Positions 58,437 through 64,000 of a stretch of 64,000 nt of DNA are shown one piece after another. This DNA is from Aestuariibacter sp. (GTDB lineage Bacteria > Pseudomonadota > Gammaproteobacteria > Enterobacterales > Alteromonadaceae). The translations under genes and the position numbers were made by a program. The stretch lies in the NCBI GenBank assembly GCA_017794925.1, contig CP051238.1:4120185-4184184 (forward strand), given 5' to 3'. Positions within the stretch are counted from its first letter, which is position 1; each line of letters begins with the position of its first letter. Below the pieces are notes generated by a model. The model had not been told where the DNA came from, ran no database searches, and was given only the letters and a program-made list of their open reading frames with translations.

Positions 58437-59366
58437 GATACGCAGTTCTTTCGGTACCGCAAATTCAATGTTTTCTTCGCGGCCCGGGCGCTCAGACGCC
58501 GTTACGGCTCCCCAGTCCAGCAAACGCTGAATAACGCGTTTTACCAATACTTCAGGGGCTGATGCACCGGCAGTGACACCAATGTGCTCCACGCCGTCCA
58601 GCCACTCTTTCTGAATACAAGCTTCATCTGCAATCAAATAGGCCTTTGCACCGATTTTCTCTGCCAACTCACGCAATCGATTAGAGTTTGAGCTGTTTTG
58701 TGCGCCAACCACCAATAACACCTGACAATCCTGAGCCAGTTCACGAACCGCATCCTGACGATTTTGTGTGGCATAACAGATATCGTCTTTGCGTGGCCCT
58801 TCAATTTTCGGGAAACGCTGACGTAGCGCATCGATAACGTCTGCGGTATCGTCTACCGACAGCGTTGTCTGACTGCAGTAGTAAAGTGCATTGGGATTTT
58901 TTACTTCCAGCGTGGCTACATCGTCGCTGGACTCAACCAAATAAATGCCGCCTTCCGGATTGTCGTACTGACCCATTGTGCCTTCCACTTCCGGGTGACC
59001 AGCGTGACCAATCAGAATACACTCGGTACCCCGTTTACTGGCACGGGTGACTTCTAAATGCACTTTTGTGACCAACGGACAGGTAGCATCAAAGACTTTT
59101 AAGCCACGACGCTCTGCTTCTTTGCGCACTGCCTGAGACACACCGTGCGCAGAAAAAATGACGATGTTGTCATCTGGCACTTCGGTAAGCTCATCGACGA
59201 ATATCGCGCCGCGTTCTTTCAGGCCATCAACCACAAACCGGTTGTGGACCACTTCATGACGCACATAAATCGGTGGCTGAAAGATTTCCAGCGCGCGCTC
59301 AACAATGGTTATGGCTCGGTCAACACCGGCACAAAAACCTCGCGGATTAGCTAAGTGAATTTGCAT
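58422..59366 (-). CDS. ispH: 4-hydroxy-3-methylbut-2-enyl diphosphate reductase
   Basis: [50 protein letters not shown]. Confidence 0.98.
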   Translation of the reverse strand: MQIHLANPRGFCAGVDRAITIVERALEIFQPPIYVRHEVVHNRFVVDGLKERGAIFVDELTEVPDDNIVIFSAHGVSQAVRKEAERRGLKVFDATCPLVTKVHLEVTRASKRGTECILIGHAGHPEVEGTMGQYDNPEGGIYLVESSDDVATLEVKNPNALYYCSQTTLSVDDTADVIDALRQRFPKIEGPRKDDICYATQNRQDAVRELAQDCQVLLVVGAQNSSNSNRLRELAEKIGAKAYLIADEACIQKEWLDGVEHIGVTAGASAPEVLVKRVIQRLLDWGAVTASERPGREENIEFAVPKELRIKQVS

Positions 59367-59383
59367 ACCACAGGCTCCTTGGC

Positions 59384-59836
59384 TTATGCGTTGATCACGT
59401 CAATGATTTCAACATCAAACACCACGGTTTGTCCAGCAAGAGGATGATTAAAGTCCACTGTGACTGAATCACCTGCCACACTGCGTACAATACCGGGCAC
59501 TTCGCTGCCGTCGGGTTGTGCAAACGCAATAATAGTGCCGGGTTCAATGGCCATCTCGCCACTGAAACGACTCCGGTCCATATGATGAATGTTGTCTGGG
59601 TTTGACTGTCCGAATGCGTCATCCGGGCCCAGCTCAAAGGACTTTTTATCACCAGCTTTCAAACCCAGCAAACAGGCTTCAAAGTTCGGTGTTAAGCTGC
59701 CGTCGCCCATAACTAATTTTGCGGGCTTCTTATTAACTCGCGTACTGTCTGCCGCGGAGCCGTCTGATAACTTCAGGTCAAAATGCATAATAACCTGACT
59801 GCTTGGGCCAATGACCGGTAAGGCTTGTTCGCTCAC
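59384..59836 (-). CDS. fkpB: FKBP-type peptidyl-prolyl isomerase FkpB/SlpA
   Basis: [20 protein letters not shown]; lspA-fkpB-ispH synteny. Confidence 0.94.
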   Translation of the reverse strand: MSEQALPVIGPSSQVIMHFDLKLSDGSAADSTRVNKKPAKLVMGDGSLTPNFEACLLGLKAGDKKSFELGPDDAFGQSNPDNIHHMDRSRFSGEMAIEPGTIIAFAQPDGSEVPGIVRSVAGDSVTVDFNHPLAGQTVVFDVEIIDVINA

Positions 59837-59839
59837 GGT

Positions 59840-60364
59840 TTATTTCTCACTTGCTGATTGGGTTGTCGTATCGCTGGTGCTGTCTGATTTGTTCGTTAAC
59901 ATGTCCCAAATCAATAATGCTGCACCAACGAAGATTGCGCTGTCGGCTAAATTAAATGCCGGCCAGTGCCAATCATTTACGTAAAAATCCAGAAAATCGA
60001 TGACATAGCCATGCACAATACGGTCATAAACATTACCGATCGCACCGCCTAAAATGAAACTAAAGGCCACCGGCAGCAGCTTTTGTTGCTTGGGCGTTTG
60101 CTTTAACCACCACAAGATCACCGCACTGACGGCAATGGCGATGGCAGTGAAAAACCAGCGCTGCCAGCCACCTGCGCCATGCAGGAAACTAAATGCCGCA
60201 CCGTAGTTATGCACGTAGGTGAAGTTGAAGAACGGCATTACCTGAATAGACTCATACAAGTCCATTTTGGCCATTACCTCGTATTTACTCCACAGATCCA
60301 GCAGCACAGTAACAGCACTGATCCAAAGAAAACGCAGCCCGGTTTGGCTTACCACATTAAGCAT
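59840..60364 (-). CDS. lspA: Lipoprotein signal peptidase II
   Basis: [36 protein letters not shown]; ATG at 60364 overlaps the ileS stop. Confidence 0.96.
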   Translation of the reverse strand: MLNVVSQTGLRFLWISAVTVLLDLWSKYEVMAKMDLYESIQVMPFFNFTYVHNYGAAFSFLHGAGGWQRWFFTAIAIAVSAVILWWLKQTPKQQKLLPVAFSFILGGAIGNVYDRIVHGYVIDFLDFYVNDWHWPAFNLADSAIFVGAALLIWDMLTNKSDSTSDTTTQSASEK

Positions 60365-63179
60365 AGTGACGTACTTCTCCGTCGCCATCTACGTTCGTCA
60401 CACAGCGGCCACACAGCTCATCGTGACCTGCATGTGAGCCTACATCTTCACGGTGGTGCCAGCAGCGAACACATTTTTCGCCAGCCGTTTTGGCCACACT
60501 GACAAACAAACCAGACACATCGGTCTTCTCAGCGTCGTTAGTTTTTTCTGTAGAAGCTTTCACTGTCGCGCCCGAGGTGATTAAAACGAAACGCAGTTCA
60601 TCACCTAACAGGTCCAACTGCGTTTTTAATGCTTCATCGGCATACAAGGTAATATCGGCTTCCAGTGAGCCGCCTAGTACCTGTGCTTTACGCGCTTGTT
60701 CCAACGCTTGGTTAACCGCATCTTTCACGGCCATGATCTGTTGCCAGAAATCATCGTCCAGTGCGCCGTCCTGAGTAAAGCTGTTGAAGCCGTCATACCA
60801 GGTTTCAGTGAACACGAACTTGCCGCGCTCACCCGGCATTTCCTGCCAGATTTCCTGAGCAGTAAAACTGGTGATCGGTGCCATCCAGCGAACCAATGCT
60901 TCTGCAATGTGGTACAGCGCTGTTTGGCATGAACGACGCGCAACACTGTCCTGCTTAGCGGTGTACTGTCTGTCTTTGATGATATCCAAATAGAAGCTAC
61001 CCAGATCAAGCGAACAGAAGTGCGTGAGCTTTTGCGATACCACCAGCAGGTCGTAGCGCTCATAAGCAGCAACCAGCTCTTCCTGTAACTGCTTGGCACG
61101 GGTGACCATCCAGCGATCCAGTGCCACCATATCCTGTTCAGCAACTAAGTCAGTAGCAGGGTTAAATCCATTCAGGTTAGCTAGCAGGAAACGGGATGTG
61201 TTACGCAAACGGCGATAGTTATCGGCGGCGCGTTTCAAAATTTCATCTGACACCGCGATTTCACCGCGGTAATCCGTAGAGGCAACCCACAAACGCAGGA
61301 TGTCTGCTCCGAGTTTGTTAGTCACTTCCTGAGGCGCAACCACGTTACCCAAAGACTTGGACATTTTCTTGCCCTGGGCGTCCACGGTAAAACCATGGGT
61401 CAGCACTTGCTTGTATGGCGCGTGACCATGCATCGCAGTAGATGTCATTAAAGACGACATAAACCAGCCGCGGTGTTGGTCAGAACCTTCCAGGTACAAA
61501 TCAGCTGACGCCGGGATATCGTCGCGACAATCCACAACAAAGAAATGTGTCACACCTGAATCGAACCATACGTCCAGCGTGTCAGTTACTTTTTCGTATT
61601 GGTCCGCATCACTACCCAGCAACGCCGCATCGTCGATATCCCACCAGGCCTGAATCCCTGAGGTTTCAATGTCCGCCGCAACTTTTTCGATTAGCGCAGA
61701 GGTTTCAGGGTGCAGTTCACCCGAAACTTTGTGTACGTAAAGTGGAATTGGCACACCCCAGGTACGCTGACGAGAGATACACCAGTCAGGTCGACCTTCT
61801 ACCATTTTGCTGATGCGGTTTTCGCCCCACTCCGGGATCCACTGGGTATTGCGAATTTGTTCTAACGACTGCTCGCGTAAACCCAGCTTGTCCATGCTCA
61901 CAAACCATTGTGGCGTGGCACGGAAAATAATCGGCGTTTTGTGACGCCAGCAGTGCGGATAGCTGTGCTCATAAGCCACATTCAATACCAGATTGCCATG
62001 CTCGGCCAGGGTATCGATAACCGACTGGTTCGCTTTAAACACATGCTGACCCGCAAACAGCGGCGTATTTTCTAAATACACCCCGTTGTTGCCAACCGGG
62101 TTGTACACTTCAATGTCGTACTGCTTACACACGTTAAAGTCGTCTACACCATGTGCAGGCGCAGTGTGAACACAACCAGTACCTGACTCGGTTGTGACGT
62201 GGTCGCCCAGCACGATAAGTGACGTTTTATCCAGGAAAGGATGCTGTAAGCGCGCTTTATCCAGCACACCGCCAATGCACGTTGCTATAACGTTAAACGC
62301 TTCACTGCCGTAACGTTTGGCACAACTTTCTGCCAGGTCACTGGCTACAATCAACCAGTCAGACGCGCCTTCCAGCGCGATAAGCGCATACTCTAACTCT
62401 GGGTGCAGACTCACGGCCAGGTTGGCAGGCAAGGTCCAAGGGGTTGTTGTCCAGATAACAACGCCGGTGTTGTGCGCTTTTAAATCGTCTTCGCTAACGC
62501 CGAAGGCTTTAGCAAACACGTCGACGTCTGCCAACGGAAATTTCACATCGATGGCGGGCGACGTTTTGTCTTTGTACTCAACTTCCGCTTCAGCCAGGGC
62601 TGAGCCACAGTCGGTACACCAGTGAACCGGCTTAAAGCCTTTTTCCAGGTGACCGGCTTCAATGATTTTGCCCAGTGCGCGAACAATATTGGCTTCTGAC
62701 GCGAAATCCATCGTTTTGTATGGCTTATCCCACTCGCCCAGTACACCCAGACGTTTAAAGTCTGCCATCTGGCCATCGATTTGCTTTTGCGCGTAGTCGC
62801 GGCACTTCTGGCGAAACTCTGCGGCACTGACCTTCACACCAGGTTTGCCGACTTTCTTCTCTACCATCAGTTCGATAGGCAGGCCGTGACAGTCCCATCC
62901 CGGCACATAAGGCGCATCGAAGTCAGACAGAGTTTTTGACTTAACAATAATGTCTTTGAGGATCTTATTCACCGCGTGACCAATGTGAATATTTCCATTG
63001 GCATACGGGGGGCCGTCGTGCAGCACAAAAGGCGTTTTACCGGCTTTGGCTTCACGAATTTGCTTATACAAACCTTGCTTTTCCCAGCTTTTCAGCATTT
63101 GGGGTTCACGTTGGGCAAGGTTTCCACGCATCGGAAACTGAGTTTCCGGCAAATTCAGTGTGGCTTTATAATCACTCAT
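60357..63179 (-). CDS. ileS: Isoleucyl-tRNA synthetase
   Basis: [20 protein letters not shown]-terminal Zn motif KCVRCWH...LCGRC. Confidence 0.98.
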   Translation of the reverse strand: MSDYKATLNLPETQFPMRGNLAQREPQMLKSWEKQGLYKQIREAKAGKTPFVLHDGPPYANGNIHIGHAVNKILKDIIVKSKTLSDFDAPYVPGWDCHGLPIELMVEKKVGKPGVKVSAAEFRQKCRDYAQKQIDGQMADFKRLGVLGEWDKPYKTMDFASEANIVRALGKIIEAGHLEKGFKPVHWCTDCGSALAEAEVEYKDKTSPAIDVKFPLADVDVFAKAFGVSEDDLKAHNTGVVIWTTTPWTLPANLAVSLHPELEYALIALEGASDWLIVASDLAESCAKRYGSEAFNVIATCIGGVLDKARLQHPFLDKTSLIVLGDHVTTESGTGCVHTAPAHGVDDFNVCKQYDIEVYNPVGNNGVYLENTPLFAGQHVFKANQSVIDTLAEHGNLVLNVAYEHSYPHCWRHKTPIIFRATPQWFVSMDKLGLREQSLEQIRNTQWIPEWGENRISKMVEGRPDWCISRQRTWGVPIPLYVHKVSGELHPETSALIEKVAADIETSGIQAWWDIDDAALLGSDADQYEKVTDTLDVWFDSGVTHFFVVDCRDDIPASADLYLEGSDQHRGWFMSSLMTSTAMHGHAPYKQVLTHGFTVDAQGKKMSKSLGNVVAPQEVTNKLGADILRLWVASTDYRGEIAVSDEILKRAADNYRRLRNTSRFLLANLNGFNPATDLVAEQDMVALDRWMVTRAKQLQEELVAAYERYDLLVVSQKLTHFCSLDLGSFYLDIIKDRQYTAKQDSVARRSCQTALYHIAEALVRWMAPITSFTAQEIWQEMPGERGKFVFTETWYDGFNSFTQDGALDDDFWQQIMAVKDAVNQALEQARKAQVLGGSLEADITLYADEALKTQLDLLGDELRFVLITSGATVKASTEKTNDAEKTDVSGLFVSVAKTAGEKCVRCWHHREDVGSHAGHDELCGRCVTNVDGDGEVRHYA

Positions 63180-63229
63180 AGCGTTTGTTATTTCCGTCCG
63201 CGTTATCGGGAGGTTCCCGTTTCAGACCT

Positions 63230-64000
63230 TTACAGGTCGGTATTCATATTCAAAATCCGCTGTGCCTGGGCAACATCGCGGGCAATCTGTTGTTGTAGTG
63301 CTGACAATCCGTCGAACCGTTGTTCATCACGGATTTTTTCTACCGGCACTACCGTAATTCGCTGACCATACAAATGGCCTTCAAAATTAAAAATATGCAC
63401 TTCCAGTTGCTTGCGCTGTCCGTTTACCGTGGGGCGAGAACCAATATTAGCCACCCCCGTATACGCTTCCCCGGCAATGTTCAGCTTTACAGCAAACACG
63501 CCTGTTATGGGGGTTTGACAACGGTTTAACAAGACATTGGCGGTTGGAAAGCCGATAGTTCGGCCTTTCTTTTCGCCATGTACCACGCGCCCACTGATAA
63601 AAAACGGGCGGCCTAACATCTCTGCAGCGAGGTCAAAGTCACCGTCGGCTAACGCCTCTCGCACCGCTGTAGAGCTAATTCTGCAGTCCTGCATCCGAAA
63701 GCTTTGCGTGCTAACGACATCAAAGTCAAACTCAGCGCCCGCTGCTTGTAGCATGTCGAAATCGCCCTGCCGCGCTTTTCCAAACCGAAAGTCATCGCCT
63801 ACTACCAGAAATTTCACGCCGAGCTTACCAACCAGCCACTTCTGAATAAATGACTGAGGCGACTGGGCAGCGAACTGGGCATTAAACCGAACACACAACA
63901 AGCGATCAACCCCTTGTGCTTTTAACAGTTGGTATTTCTCTGGTAGCGGACTAATTCGAGCGGGGGCAGTATCCGGCGTAAATACTTCTTCAGGATGCGG
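63230..64000 (-). CDS. ribF: Bifunctional riboflavin kinase/FAD synthetase; 5' end lies outside the window
   Basis: Frame open to base 64000 (PHPEEVFTP...), VGDDFRFG, ISSTAVR, GRTIGFPTAN, LEVHIF. Confidence 0.96.
   Translation of the reverse strand, partial: PHPEEVFTPDTAPARISPLPEKYQLLKAQGVDRLLCVRFNAQFAAQSPQSFIQKWLVGKLGVKFLVVGDDFRFGKARQGDFDMLQAAGAEFDFDVVSTQSFRMQDCRISSTAVREALADGDFDLAAEMLGRPFFISGRVVHGEKKGRTIGFPTANVLLNRCQTPITGVFAVKLNIAGEAYTGVANIGSRPTVNGQRKQLEVHIFNFEGHLYGQRITVVPVEKIRDEQRFDGLSALQQQIARDVAQAQRILNMNTDL

Overview
Mostly core-genome DNA from a marine gammaproteobacterium. Protein sequences and gene order (Na+-type pomAB, serB-PilZ-radA, nadE-glnB) point to Alteromonadaceae, an Alteromonas-like organism; this is inferred, not searched. 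From left to right: (1) a photo-oxidative-stress island, with the 5' end of a ChrR-type ECF sigma factor missed by the ORF track (1-252, minus), a Lon-N-domain-only gene and a divergent SnoaL-SDR-FAD oxidoreductase-DUF1365-cfa operon resembling furan fatty acid synthesis, each preceded by a TGATCC-N16-YGTA promoter motif; (2) pomAB and xseB-ispA-dxs; (3) glyA-nrdR-rib-nusB-thiL-pgpA; (4) a solitary lpxD, ettA, two PilZ genes flanking radA, serB; (5) rpoE-rseABC-lepAB-rnc-era-pdxH-tatD and nadB; (6) sdhE/ygfZ, slyD, nadE-glnB; (7) a 13.5 kb type IV pilus minor-pilin locus; (8) ribF-ileS-lspA-fkpB-ispH. The pilin locus is the most interesting part. It holds two complete minor-pilin sets: one with PilY1 (whose vWA domain is split by two tandem repeat domains) and one without PilY1 that has a GRxR DNA-binding-type FimT, an enlarged PilX and an embedded yaeQ. 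It also contains orphan small genes and a structured, strand-skewed 1.1 kb intergenic region. I found no CRISPR array, IS element, prophage, tRNA or rRNA. All calls come from motif recognition and synteny only.
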